Source: Corallochytrium limacisporum Hawaii
Taxonomy: Eukaryota; Protista; Pluriformea
NCBI GenBank assembly: GCA_002811645.1
Contig: PDIP01000003.1
Span: 186,001-250,000, forward strand
Direction of reading: 5' to 3'
DNA: 64,000 nt
Both the position numbers and the translations under genes were made by a program. Below the pieces are notes generated by a model, which was not told the origin of the DNA, ran no database searches, and was given only the letters and a program-made list of their open reading frames with translations. Positions 1 through 11,037 of this stretch are shown one piece after another; position 1 is the first letter of the stretch; each line of letters begins with the position of its first letter.

Positions 1-2
1 TG

Positions 3-1370
3 CTGCGCGGCGAGGAAGAGATTCGGGACGGTGGCATGCGGGGCAAGGGAGTAGAAATTCTGCACATTTACGGCGATGCGCTCTATCAGCATGGGACACA
101 GATTCCACCGCCAAAGGGCATGACTCCCCCATTCCCATACGACCGTACTGTGGAGATCACGGACCCAGGAGCTGGTGCTGACGAAGGTGACCAGGGGGGC
201 GAGGAAGAAGAGACGACTTCCGGAGCCACCGAGGGAATGGAGAAGATGGACCTGAACAAAACTGAAGCGACCACAGACCAAGCTGATGATACTGTAAATG
301 ACACAGGAGATGTCCCAGACTATACATCAATGAGCATGGACGAGCTGATCGAAGTAACTTTTCTGCAGTCCTGCAAGTACGCCATTAAGGACCGGGACCT
401 CCCTGTTCTATCCAGCAACTTCAAGGCACTGTACATGAAGGCGAACTGTCCGAAGGGTACATCACTGGATTTTAAGAAGAGTTCATGGAAGAAGCTGGGT
501 AAACTGCTGGAGCACATGGAAAAGGAGGGCGTGGTAAGAATGGAGAACGTTTCTAAGGGGGTGGATCAGGTTGCGCACATCAATCGCATGCACGATCTGA
601 TTCGGGCGCATCGTCGAATTCCAGAGACCGAGGGCGGCGGAGTAAACGGAGAACCTGGTGCCAACATGGCTGCAGATCTAAATCTTGCACCACAGATGAC
701 CAACCGCAAGGAAGCTCTGCTTGCGAACCGTCCGAACATGAGCGTGGAGTTGCTCTTTCAGCCAAAGAAGGAACTATTGCCCATTCTCAAAACTGACGAC
801 CGCAAGGCACTGTTTTCAGCCAAGGACTTAAAGACTGCCCTGGATGACTACATTCGGGAAGAACAACTACCAGATCCGTCCAACAAACGGATGGTTCGCT
901 TGAATCCGCATCTGGCGGTTCTAGTCAAGAAGAACGAGGGCGATGTTGCATCCTTGAGTCGGGCTGAGGTCAGCGAACGCTTCGTCGACATGTGCAAGGC
1001 GCATCATGTGCTCCACATTGAGGGCCGAGATCCAGTGGTACGCAAGGGTCAGCCTCACACCATCACCATAACCATTGAAAAACGCACTGGGAACAAGCTC
1101 ATGTCGGTTGTGACCGGATTAGAGCAGTATTTTATTGAACCTAAACTGTTTGCCAGCTATGTGCAAAAACAGGTGGCTGCATCCGTTAGTGTTACAGACC
1201 ATGAGGACAAAGGTGCGGCGCGAGGCAAGGAGAAGGATGGCACACAGGAGGTGCTCGTGCAGGGTGATCACAGCGGCACAATTCAGAGTGCCCTCGTGGA
1301 ACATTTTAAAATCCCTTTGAATGCCAATATCATTCATGTCGTGGACAAGGCGAAGAAAAAGAAAAGATAA
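3..1370 (+). CDS. EIF2D: Translation initiation factor eIF2D/ligatin (5'-truncated by window edge)
   Basis: Frame is open from position 3. End of PUA domain (GKGVEILHIYGDAL), winged helix (LDFKKSSWKKLGKLL), SWIB-like region and C-terminal SUI1 domain (IEKRTGNKLMSVVTGLE...VLVQGD). Confidence 0.9.
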   Translation: MRGEEEIRDGGMRGKGVEILHIYGDALYQHGTQIPPPKGMTPPFPYDRTVEITDPGAGADEGDQGGEEEETTSGATEGMEKMDLNKTEATTDQADDTVNDTGDVPDYTSMSMDELIEVTFLQSCKYAIKDRDLPVLSSNFKALYMKANCPKGTSLDFKKSSWKKLGKLLEHMEKEGVVRMENVSKGVDQVAHINRMHDLIRAHRRIPETEGGGVNGEPGANMAADLNLAPQMTNRKEALLANRPNMSVELLFQPKKELLPILKTDDRKALFSAKDLKTALDDYIREEQLPDPSNKRMVRLNPHLAVLVKKNEGDVASLSRAEVSERFVDMCKAHHVLHIEGRDPVVRKGQPHTITITIEKRTGNKLMSVVTGLEQYFIEPKLFASYVQKQVAASVSVTDHEDKGAARGKEKDGTQEVLVQGDHSGTIQSALVEHFKIPLNANIIHVVDKAKKKKR

Positions 1371-1442
1371 GTCGAATGCGCTGTCTGTCGTGGACAATAC
1401 TGGACAGGCAGGAGGCAAATAGAATTGTGTTTTGCTGTATTG

Positions 1443-1718
1443 TTACACTAAGACTGTGAAATGGGTCATCAATGTAGTCCTGGTTGTCGAACTGCTTTTG
1501 TACTTCTCTAGCAGAGCTCGATAGACGTCCCAGGCGGTTGGTTTCTTGTACTCCGTTTCAGCCATGAAGAGTAGAATTGAATGTGCAGCCTTGTCGATTG
1601 TGGAATATTTGTTGCTAAGAGCCTCAAGAGCACTGCGGGCCTGCTGCCACTTTCCACTAATGTAGTCCTGGACGGCCTGGTTGTAGTGGTCTCGAAACTC
1701 TTCCGTTTCTGGTGTACA
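1443..1718 (-). pseudogene. Start-less remnant resembling the C-terminal helical module of a class III adenylyl cyclase
   Basis: Manual translation: TPETEEFRDHYNQAVQDYISGKWQQARSALEALSNKYSTIDKAAHSILLFMAETEYKKPTAWDVYRALLEK. Matches the recalled F..A...Y..G.W..A...L...D......P..W.GYR.L.EK* pattern. In-frame TGA lies directly upstream and no catalytic domain is present. Confidence 0.55.
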
Positions 1719-3774
1719 TCATGATCAGAGTGTCCAAGACGAATAACAAAACGTTCAATAAACAACTTGGGGATGATCCGTTGATGTAGATGTTCCACAA
1801 GTGGGTATCATATCCGCCGCTGGTTTATGACCACCTTTCAAACGCCGAAAGGGAATTAATTCAAAATAATAATGGCAATTGGGGCTCAGTTTATAATGAA
1901 GAGGCGGGAGGAATTCGTACACCTTTCGAAAACCCCCGCCTCCGTTCCCCCTGTACACGGCCCGCCGGCAGTTTCACCACAGGAAAGAGGGGCGGCCCCG
2001 GGGCAGCTGAGGGGTTGGGGGATGCGGGGACTTGGTTTGGCCTGGTTGTGAAGAGCGACTCTCTATGCCAACCGTAAAAGTCTTGTTTCCTTCTTCTTCA
2101 CCGTCACATTCGTGGTATACGTTTTGTATGTAGTTTTACATTCACCCGCGTGCGTAGGTTCCCCCTCTTCCAAAGTCAACAGATACTCAACACGATGCAT
2201 ACCAACGTAGTAGTGAATGTACGGCTGGAAAGTGAAATGAAATCGTAGGACTCTTTCAATAAAAATATGGATCGGTGAACCAGAGCGTTTTGCCTTTCTG
2301 TGATTGGTTGGATTGGAGCTGCAGTAGTCAATGTACTGATGAAAAGAGGAATGACGGTGTAACGTTTTGACGTTTCGCCATGCGTTTTCCATGTGTGTTG
2401 TTGGGCCCTTTGATTGTTGTTTGATGTGTGTCCGTTTCGGTTTCACATGGCTTTTTACAAGTTTATAAGGGAAATTATAGCAAGCAGACATTTAAGCGGT
2501 GTCCCTTCCGAAAATACGGTTGAAACAGACTGCCCTCCGGCTTGTCCAACCCAGGTGAGGGGTGGTCGGAACGGTTCGGTCCAGTGGTATTAGGTACTGA
2601 GTCAAGTGGGTAGGGACGTTCGGATGAGCGAACAAACGGTTGATAGCGATGGCGGCCCCCCCCTCGTCCTGGTATGAAACGACGAGTACCTGTTGCTTGC
2701 GGTCGTGGACCCCCCCCCCACTCCCCTCCCCCCCCGGGAGTCTTGGCGCCGTACCGCTGCATATCCATACTGTGCGAGTAGGTAACCTCACGTAAGGAAA
2801 CCAGCCCACCAAGCAGAAACCAGCAGGAAATTGCTCAAATAACAAAAAGAAAAATGGGGCGACGAGTGTTGCGCGCGGGTGAAGAGATCGTCGGCCGCTT
2901 TTTTTCTACAGTTTTACAGCACAAGGAAATGTGAGGAATGGCGTTGATTTCTAACATTCTTGCTCGTTCGCTGCTCGGTGCATTATGGATTCTCCGGAAT
3001 CGAAAACGAAGAAAAAAACGCGGGATGAGACCGTATAGGTTCTATACTCAAGTCGAGGTCATCGACGCGATTGTCAGGAGACACGGCGCAGGTGTCCTTC
3101 TGGTGAGCAGGCCGCCCTTGCTGCTGTGGATGACTGCCAGGTCTGCCCAATGTTCCGAAAACCGCGCGCTCCGAACTGGGTATTCTCACTACTGCTACCG
3201 CTGCCAGGTCCGTGTGCGCGAGCATGTATGTGGAATACTCTGGTGGAGTTAAAACGCAGCTTCAAAGCTGCCTAGAGATTGCATACATTAGCTATTGATT
3301 CGCTGTACCGATGGGGATGATGTGGTGATAACAAGCTCGGTGTATGAACTGGGGCGTAACCTAAGTTTCTCTTTCTAACGGTCTATTTGGGCTCCCGCTC
3401 ATTCTTCACATCACCCGGGAACGTCGGGGTTCACTATATGATTTCCATGTACAGTTGGGCCCCCGGTGCTGTCTGTTTCTTGCACTCAGAGAAAAACAAG
3501 ACAACACTGGGACAGGGGTGACCGATCGGACCCGCTGCTTCCCTTTGGATCCAGGTGGGGCAGCAGGCAGTAGTGAATGACCGTTGGAAATTACACACCT
3601 CAGGCAGCACACTGGGCCCCCGCCGCTGCCTTCCTTTCCAGAAAACGTTGGCTATAGCGACGGTAGGGGGTTGTATGTTTTCGCTTCTGAAGGGAACCCT
3701 TAGCAGGAGCAGCATTTGGCATTGGACTGACGGCACTGCGACCGAAACCACGAACAAAATGCAAACAAAGAATG

Positions 3775-3899
3775 GTAAGCGAGTGTACATGGAGCCCGGA
3801 TACTTTAGTATAGAACCTGCTCCTGTTTGAGGATGTCACAGGTTTTTGAAAGCTGTTGTTGGTCCTGGGTTAGGTAAATCTTACTGATTCTCGCTACAG
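3775..3899 (+). other. Putative 5'-leader intron of calcineurin A
   Basis: GTAAGC donor at 3775, TACTGAT branch-like site near 3882, CTACAG acceptor ending at 3899. Confidence 0.5.
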
Positions 3900-3982
3900 C
3901 TCACGGTAAATCTGGAATATATAGGAAGAGGGATTCAGTACACAGACCGGGACTGTTCAAACAGACTTAACTAATTTCCAAA

Positions 3983-5446
3983 ATGGCTGAAGACAAGCCA
4001 TCAATTCCGAAGATCGGCAAGCCCGACTTTGACACCACTGCTCGTCAGGTCACAAGTGTCCCACCACCTGCTACAAACAGGCTGGAGATGAGTGAGGTGT
4101 ACGGGTCGGACGGCTTGCCCAATATGGATGTTTTGAAGAAGCATTTTGTCGCCGAGGGTCGGCTTGAAGAAGACGTTGCAATGCGTATTGTCAAGGAGAC
4201 TTCCGAAATGCTCCGGGACGAACCGACTCTGCTGGAAGTTGATGCGCCCATCACCGTGTGCGGAGATGTGCACGGTCAGTTCTACGACCTCATGAAGCTG
4301 TTTGAGGTTGGTGGTCACCCAAAGCACACCCGGTACCTGTTTTTGGGAGATTATGTTGACCGCGGATACTTCTCTTGTGAATGTGTTCTGTATCTGTGGG
4401 CTTTGAAGAAATGCTACCCAGACCACATTTATCTTTTGCGGGGTAACCACGAGTGCAGGCATTTGACAGATTACTTTACCTTCAGCCTGGAATGTCGGTA
4501 TAAGTACAGCGAAGAGCTCTATGACGTGATCTGCGACTCTTTCGATTGCTTGCCACTGGCAGCCATTATGAATCAGCAATTCCTCTGTGTTCACGGCGGT
4601 CTCAGCCCTGAAATCCAGAACTTGGATGACATTCGTCGCATTGATCGCTTCCGTGAGCCTCCTTCCTACGGTCCTATGTGCGACCTTCTTTGGGCTGACC
4701 CCATCGAGGACTTTGGCAATGACGCCACTGCGGAATTTTACACACACAACAACGTCCGAGGTTGCTCGTATTTCTTCAGTTATGCTGCTGCCTGCGCTTT
4801 CCTAGATGCTAACAAGTTGTTGAGTATCATTCGTGCTCACGAAGCCCAGGATGCGGGCTACCGCATGTACCGCAAGAGCGAAAGCAACGGTTTCCCTTCG
4901 GTCATAACCATCTTTTCCGCGCCCAACTACCTCGATGTGTACAACAACAAGGCCGCGGTGCTCAAGTATGAGAACAACATTATGAACATCCGCCAGTTCA
5001 ACTGCTCACCGCACCCTTACTGGCTACCAAACTTCATGGATGTCTTCACCTGGTCACTACCCTTCGTGGGAGAAAAGGTCACGGACATGTTGGTGGCGAT
5101 CTTGAACATTTGCAGCACGGAAGAGCTCGAAGAGGGTGAAGAAGAGGTACCCAAATCAGAGCTGGAGAAGCGGCGCGATGTTATCAGAGGGAAGATTCTG
5201 GCCGTGGGACGTATGGCCCGTATGTTCAGCACATTAAGGGAGGAGTCTGAATCCATCCTGCAGCTCAAGGGTCTTGCACCGAACCAGCAGATTCCAAAAG
5301 GTATGCTTATGCGTGGTAAGGAGGGTATCAAGCATGCCATCAATACCTTCGAGGAGGCCAAGGAGCTTGACCGTGAGAATGAAAAAATGCCTCCTCCTCG
5401 CAGCAGCCGGGGATCTATGTCAGAAATCAACAAGCTGTCCGGTTAG
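3983..5446 (+). CDS. PPP3C/CNA1: Calcineurin A (PP2B catalytic subunit)
   Basis: GDVHG, GDYVDRG and RGNHE motifs; SAPNYLD; CnB-binding helix [16 protein letters not shown]; calmodulin-binding segment; autoinhibitory [16 protein letters not shown]. Confidence 0.98.
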   Translation: MAEDKPSIPKIGKPDFDTTARQVTSVPPPATNRLEMSEVYGSDGLPNMDVLKKHFVAEGRLEEDVAMRIVKETSEMLRDEPTLLEVDAPITVCGDVHGQFYDLMKLFEVGGHPKHTRYLFLGDYVDRGYFSCECVLYLWALKKCYPDHIYLLRGNHECRHLTDYFTFSLECRYKYSEELYDVICDSFDCLPLAAIMNQQFLCVHGGLSPEIQNLDDIRRIDRFREPPSYGPMCDLLWADPIEDFGNDATAEFYTHNNVRGCSYFFSYAAACAFLDANKLLSIIRAHEAQDAGYRMYRKSESNGFPSVITIFSAPNYLDVYNNKAAVLKYENNIMNIRQFNCSPHPYWLPNFMDVFTWSLPFVGEKVTDMLVAILNICSTEELEEGEEEVPKSELEKRRDVIRGKILAVGRMARMFSTLREESESILQLKGLAPNQQIPKGMLMRGKEGIKHAINTFEEAKELDRENEKMPPPRSSRGSMSEINKLSG

Positions 5447-5593
5447 ATAACATGTACGCAGAGCGTCCATTCGCAGTGTCACACAATGAATCATAAATTT
5501 GCACACAAAGCCCTGAAGAAAATGATCAAAATGACATGTAATACAATTCGCCAAGTGCCGGTCGGGCATGATGCTAAGTCGTCTGTTCGTTCT

Positions 5594-5998
5594 TTATTGT
5601 TCTTTACTTGTTGTATACGGTCTTGCTTGGGCTGCCAGGATGTATGTTTCAATAAGGGATGGCGATGTGTCATTCGTAATATCCATCTGCACTGCGGTTA
5701 GCATTGCCAGTTCCTGCATGTAGCCTTGCACGAACGCCTGCAACTCTCCATCGGGGCTCTCCTTGGTGCCGGGTTGGCGTTGCATGACCTCTGTCAATGT
5801 TGTTTTCATCACTTCGGCCGCCTGATGAAGGTCTTTCTGACAAGTTGCAAGATCATCGATCTTCTGCGCTGTGACCTGCTCCTTCATTTCACGTAGGATC
5901 CCAATGAATCTGACCAAAACTTTATCAAAACTCCGCGCCTGGAAGCCAGTGAGCTGACTTCGAAGGTTGCGAAGTGAAAGATCGAGTTCGTCTTCCAT
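5594..5998 (-). CDS. Small helical protein, possibly CINP/C1orf109 family
   Basis: 134-aa ATG ORF, convergent with calcineurin and divergent from Nup214. C-terminal YMQELAMLTAVQMDITNDTSPSLIETYILAAQARPY resembles the recalled CINP C-terminal Y..EL.....V..eL.....P.L...Y.......PY. Confidence 0.55.
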   Translation of the reverse strand: MEDELDLSLRNLRSQLTGFQARSFDKVLVRFIGILREMKEQVTAQKIDDLATCQKDLHQAAEVMKTTLTEVMQRQPGTKESPDGELQAFVQGYMQELAMLTAVQMDITNDTSPSLIETYILAAQARPYTTSKEQ

Positions 5999-6547
5999 CT
6001 GTCCTGATTCGACTCACATCATGTAATCCGAGAACTTCCCTGAGACTTCAAGTGTATTCGTTTCCTTTCTGAACTTTTATGCCCAAACGAGAAGCAAGTA
6101 CGAACTCCTAAATACTCCCAAATACCACAGTTTGACACGCCTGGCTGCTTCAGCTTGGGTCGCAGTAATCTAAGTCATAGGAGCCAAACCCCCCACACAG
6201 CCGCCGGCCCCCATCTCCCCTCATTTTTTCTCACCGCGCGCCGCCCGAGGTCGGGGGGAAGGAGGCAGCAATGCAATTGTGTATTTGTCGCTGGGTGGCC
6301 ACTTTCCTCTGCCCACTGTTTGGGCGCGCGAGGGACGTGAGGTCGGGTCTGCGAATATGCACAACAGTCGAAACTCGTGACTCCAGGATCCCATGGCATG
6401 CAGGTCAAGTATTTCAACCTATGTAAAATGTTATAGCTTGGACGGCATAAAGCTCAAGATGTTTACCATAAAGCGGTTTACGAATAGACAAAGAAGGATG
6501 AGATTCGACGTGAAGGGACACACGTGATCCAAATCACCAAAGATATC

Positions 6548-9500
6548 ATGGCGTCCTCGGAGCGGTTGCAGTTCCGGAAGGCCAGCGAGCAGCAGATTGG
6601 TGACGGATTGTCATCGTATCAGCCAAATGGGTTGTACCGTATGGCAGCTGTTGCGAATCCCTTCGGGTTCGCGGCGGTGATTAAGGATGATACGACAGTT
6701 GGAATCTACGACGTCGATCATCTGGTCGAAACCAAGAAAGCAAAGACAGAACTTTCCATGACGGGTGTATTTGATGAATTACACTATGTTGGATTTGGCG
6801 CCAGCTATGACCCCGTATTATTCCTTGCAGGAACTAAGGGAGGAGCATGGAAGCTGGCCGCCGCACCTATGGCAGAGATTGTCAAAGCCACTTCCAAGTT
6901 TGCTGAAATCGACCTTGATGGAGAAATAGTTAGCATAGCAGCATCGGAAATGAATGCACGAGCGTACTTAGCCACCGTAAACAAGGACAATGTTGCTATG
7001 TTGTATGTATTTAAGAGTGGATCCATTGCGCAGCATCGGCAGGAGTCACGATACGAATTCTCATCAGTCACTTTTGGTGGCCTGGTGGGCGAATACGTCC
7101 TGTACGGCACCACAGATGGAAGCGTGTGCCTTGATGGGGTGGCTAGCTCTAGAAATGAAATGACTGTACAGCAGTTGGAAGATGCTGATCAGCCCGTGTT
7201 CCATGTTCAATATCTCGCCGTAACCAATGAGGTTTGTGCCGTAGTAGGCACTGGAATGGATGTAAACGTCTCTATCCTTGCGATCGGAGACAATGCTGAT
7301 GATCTCTTGGTCGAATCGACTATAGAGAGCTTGCTTATGGTCGACGAGCCAGGCGAGGATGGGGAGCCAGTGGGTACATGTAATTTTTTGGAGCTGGGGC
7401 CGATCCCAGAAATTGACGATGCCAATGCCATCATGGTCCTTGGTGGATCGTTCAGTTCAGAGGTAGAATTAATTGGACGCAACCAAGACGGCGAATGGGA
7501 CCGAGTCGAGGTACGCGAGGATGGCATCATCACGTTACCCACTGGCGCTGACCTTGATGATGTGTCATTCTGTGCCGGCTTGGTGGCCGATTTCACGGCC
7601 GAGCAGCCCATACGAAACCTAGACCAGGACGTCGATGAACCGGAGGACTTTCCTCCGGGTGCGCGCGTGGTGCTTGTGACCCAGAAAGGTCTTGCCATAC
7701 CTTACCATTTTATTGATCTAGAGCACTTTATATCCTCTGGATCTCACGAGTTCATGTCTTCACGCAAGTCAATCGGTGGGGGATCGAGACGAGCTTCCCC
7801 GACCCGTGCCTCAAGTTCTTCACCCGATGTAAGGGGACGAGATCCATCACCATACCGCATCAATTTGGATCGCATAACATCACCGCCGCAGGCCCGTCCA
7901 CCCTCGACATCCCAGTCGGACCTGTTTCCGAAGGGCTCCGCACCACCATTGCAGGCCGCTCAGCCTGAGAGAGAAAACCGCTTCAATGCGATCAACCGGG
8001 TTGGCGGTAATGTTCAGCCAGCTGTCAGGGAGACATCGCCGATCGCGGGTATGAGATTTGGTGCACCTAATTTACCGGCAAGGCCCGCTGGAATGGGAAC
8101 AGGTTCCGTACCCCGCCACCAACCTGGTATGAAGCCAATGACCATTCCTCCTACGCCGGAGCAGAAGTCCGCAATGGCCTCGGCTCAAGATTCTCAACAG
8201 GCACAACCCATTGGGTTGGATCTGAACATGCTTAGGAAATACTCAGCACGGGCGCTGTCAACAATTTCAGCGGATACAGTGAAAGCCAAGGACGAAGATC
8301 TGAAACTGATGTCTGAAATAGCCTCTGTGCAACAGGGTTTCAATCAAGTCTTGCAGCAGGCCAATGCGCAAGTGCGGGGCCAGATGAACACAATGCAGTG
8401 GAAGCCGATCTATGATACGGAGAAGGCAATTTTGGTCAATGCACCAAATGCAGATCCTACCACTTCCGGGGTAAAACTCCTACGGGATATACTTGAGAAT
8501 CAAAAGATGGAAGTCACCACTCTTGAACAGGAATTGCTGACACAGTACGAGGATCTCCTGCAGACCAAAACAATCTTGCAGAATCTTCTGGACCCCAACC
8601 GCGTTTCAGTATCTCGGTATGCAGCGCTCGATCCCTCTGTCAGACGCAAGACTGACGCAGCCAAGTTGAAGCTGATGCGCTTGCAATACCAGCAGATCGT
8701 TGATCTCGAGGAATCTGTGCGTCAGCTGCGTGCTACCGTGGAAGCCTCTGCCGCCCAGCGACCCAATAAGAATGTCAGTCGCGAGGAACTCCTGTGCATG
8801 GTCGAAGAGCAGAACCGAGCCGCCCATCAGGAACTGGCCATCGTCAAGGGCGTTCTGGCAGCCTACCATGGATACAGCGTTCAGAGCCCGATGAAGAGCC
8901 TGGATGCACTGAGTGCTAATATGGCAAAGGTATCCCTGAGCTCCCCGTACCCTAAGACAAACAACCAGGTAGCGAAAAACGATATTCGCAGCATGACCAA
9001 GGAATTGAATTTCTCTCATGAGGACAGCGAGGAGCCCACCCTTGATGGTTACGAGCCCCACATAGCTTCTGAGAGACTCAAAGTATTGAGTACGTCATTC
9101 CCGGTGAATCGTGTTCGGGACATCCGCGTGCTCAAAGCCAGCACAAGCCAGCGTGGCTTCACCACTTTCAACGGCCCTCCGCGAGGTGACGTATCGTCTT
9201 ACCTTGATCAACACATACAGAGAGTGAAGGAGCTGCTGGACAAGAGAGGTGCACTGGAAAAAATACCCCTACAAACGGAGATGTTGGGTCCCGCAGTTGA
9301 TCTCACCCGCGAAATTGCCAAGGGTGCGGCAGCTGCGGGAGGCGCAGCGGAGGGCGTGAAGCAAGACTCGTATCCAAAGCAGGATGTGCTCAAAGCACAA
9401 ATGATTGCTCTGAACAATGCCAAGATTGATGCCAAAACCTTGCAGAGGGATGTTGCCAAGGCAGCAGACACTGCAACCAAGCCGTCGGCAAAGGTACCAT

Positions 9501-10780
9501 TGGGCGCACAAATGTCCATGAGACCTGGAGCTGTCGTTTCTGCTCAAGATTCCGTCACCTCGCAGCAGTCTCGCGGATCAATTGACCGCGGCTCAATCGG
9601 GTCCTTGCGGGACCAGAAGGCCAACTTTGGCATGTTGTCGCAGATGAAGAAAGGAGATGGCGCGTTCGCAATGGGATCCCAACAATCTGGCACAAGCATG
9701 AGTTCGATGGCCACGGCCACAGACTCACAGATCAGCAAACCAGCGGCATCCTTCGGCTTAGCGAGTACCGCAAAACCAGAAGCGACAGCGACCAGCGCTG
9801 ACCAAAAAGTCCCTGATCCTGGCGTGGCGAAGCCACCCGCAGCGTTGGCGACCAGTGAGGTACCAAGCTCGGGTAGTGGACCCTTCGGAGCAGCCAGCGC
9901 GGCTTCGATGCAAGGCAAGGCCATGGGTGGTGGCGCCGGTGGGTTCGGCTTTGGTGCGACACCTGCTTTGGCCAAGCCCGAAGGATCGGTTGAAATCAAG
10001 CCGACAGAACCAGCGCAGAAGCCCCAGGACTCCACTCCTCAGCAGCAGCAGAACGACGGCGGCCTCACCTCAATGTTCGGCAGTGGTATGGGTGGGTTTG
10101 GTGCTGCATCAAAACCACCGGACTCCACAGCTGGCGGCGGCATCTTCGGTGGCGCTCCGGCCTCTGGCGGCTCCGTCTTTGGCGGAGTTGCAAAGACAGC
10201 CGAAGCAAAGCCGACCTCCAGCATCTTTGGCAGTGGTACCGGTACCGGCGCCACTGCCACAGCAACAACAACCGGCGGGTTCGGCGCAGGCAAGTCCATG
10301 GGCGGTGGTGTGGGTATATCCAACGCATCACCGTTCGCATCCGGCGGTGGTACTGGTGCTAGCAGTACCGGGACCGGGGGTGCAGCGGCCACACCGAGTT
10401 CCGCCTTTGGGGGCGGTGCGACATTCGGAGGCGGTAGTGCATTCGGCGGGGCAACAAGTTCTGCCTTCGGTGGCAGTGCCTTTGGTGGAGGTGCCGGTGG
10501 AGGAGTCCAACCGTCCTGGGGTGCACCGCCAGCGGCCAACAAGCCTGTTCAGCAACCCGACCATGTCTTCGGCGGCGGAGGCGGTGCGACGTCCTTTGGA
10601 GCGCTTGCTGGAGGCGGCGGCGGAGCTGGTGGTGCGCCTGGCGGTGGCGGTGGCGGCTTCGGAGCATTTGCGTCCCAAGGAGGCGGCGGCGGCTTTGGCG
10701 GACTGGCACAGAGTGCGGCTGGGGGAGCCGCGCCGAGTCGCTTTGCGGGCAATCCGGCCTTCTCGCAGGCACGAAAGTAG
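6548..10780 (+). CDS. NUP214: FG nucleoporin Nup214/Nup159-like
   Basis: First ATG at 6548. N-terminal ~400-aa beta-rich region, central coiled coil, C-terminal FG/SAFG repeats ending FSQARK. Confidence 0.8.
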   Translation: MASSERLQFRKASEQQIGDGLSSYQPNGLYRMAAVANPFGFAAVIKDDTTVGIYDVDHLVETKKAKTELSMTGVFDELHYVGFGASYDPVLFLAGTKGGAWKLAAAPMAEIVKATSKFAEIDLDGEIVSIAASEMNARAYLATVNKDNVAMLYVFKSGSIAQHRQESRYEFSSVTFGGLVGEYVLYGTTDGSVCLDGVASSRNEMTVQQLEDADQPVFHVQYLAVTNEVCAVVGTGMDVNVSILAIGDNADDLLVESTIESLLMVDEPGEDGEPVGTCNFLELGPIPEIDDANAIMVLGGSFSSEVELIGRNQDGEWDRVEVREDGIITLPTGADLDDVSFCAGLVADFTAEQPIRNLDQDVDEPEDFPPGARVVLVTQKGLAIPYHFIDLEHFISSGSHEFMSSRKSIGGGSRRASPTRASSSSPDVRGRDPSPYRINLDRITSPPQARPPSTSQSDLFPKGSAPPLQAAQPERENRFNAINRVGGNVQPAVRETSPIAGMRFGAPNLPARPAGMGTGSVPRHQPGMKPMTIPPTPEQKSAMASAQDSQQAQPIGLDLNMLRKYSARALSTISADTVKAKDEDLKLMSEIASVQQGFNQVLQQANAQVRGQMNTMQWKPIYDTEKAILVNAPNADPTTSGVKLLRDILENQKMEVTTLEQELLTQYEDLLQTKTILQNLLDPNRVSVSRYAALDPSVRRKTDAAKLKLMRLQYQQIVDLEESVRQLRATVEASAAQRPNKNVSREELLCMVEEQNRAAHQELAIVKGVLAAYHGYSVQSPMKSLDALSANMAKVSLSSPYPKTNNQVAKNDIRSMTKELNFSHEDSEEPTLDGYEPHIASERLKVLSTSFPVNRVRDIRVLKASTSQRGFTTFNGPPRGDVSSYLDQHIQRVKELLDKRGALEKIPLQTEMLGPAVDLTREIAKGAAAAGGAAEGVKQDSYPKQDVLKAQMIALNNAKIDAKTLQRDVAKAADTATKPSAKVPLGAQMSMRPGAVVSAQDSVTSQQSRGSIDRGSIGSLRDQKANFGMLSQMKKGDGAFAMGSQQSGTSMSSMATATDSQISKPAASFGLASTAKPEATATSADQKVPDPGVAKPPAALATSEVPSSGSGPFGAASAASMQGKAMGGGAGGFGFGATPALAKPEGSVEIKPTEPAQKPQDSTPQQQQNDGGLTSMFGSGMGGFGAASKPPDSTAGGGIFGGAPASGGSVFGGVAKTAEAKPTSSIFGSGTGTGATATATTTGGFGAGKSMGGGVGISNASPFASGGGTGASSTGTGGAAATPSSAFGGGATFGGGSAFGGATSSAFGGSAFGGGAGGGVQPSWGAPPAANKPVQQPDHVFGGGGGATSFGALAGGGGGAGGAPGGGGGGFGAFASQGGGGGFGGLAQSAAGGAAPSRFAGNPAFSQARK

Positions 10781-11037
10781 CAAAACTGGAATGATCGACA
10801 ATTCAACATATATATAAGTGTCATTAGAAAGAGACTGATTCTCCTGTGTATTTAAGTAAAAGACTTGAAAGTTTGAAATGCAAGGGAAAAGAATATGATG
10901 AAGAAGGAGTATACCATGTTGAAGAGTGAAGGAAAGTATGCAGAGGATTTCAAGAGATCAGTTTCAGGCTCCAGGATTTGCTAGTTGTTAATGTCCCTGG
11001 GACCACGCTAGTGAAGAGACAGATTGAGGCTCTCTAT

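Noticed and set aside
2275-2400. CTGATGA (hammerhead core or U3 box C) with nearby GAGCGT
   Set aside because: No stem II-GAAA for a hammerhead; no U3 box A or D.
2572-2635. tRNA-like GGTCCAGTGGTA ... GTTCGG
   Set aside because: No acceptor, anticodon or T stems, and the B-box is non-consensus.
9544-10824. Multiple overlapping ORFs (up to 320 aa) over the Nup214 FG region
   Set aside because: GC-rich Gly/Ala codons suppress stops in other frames; no protein motifs.
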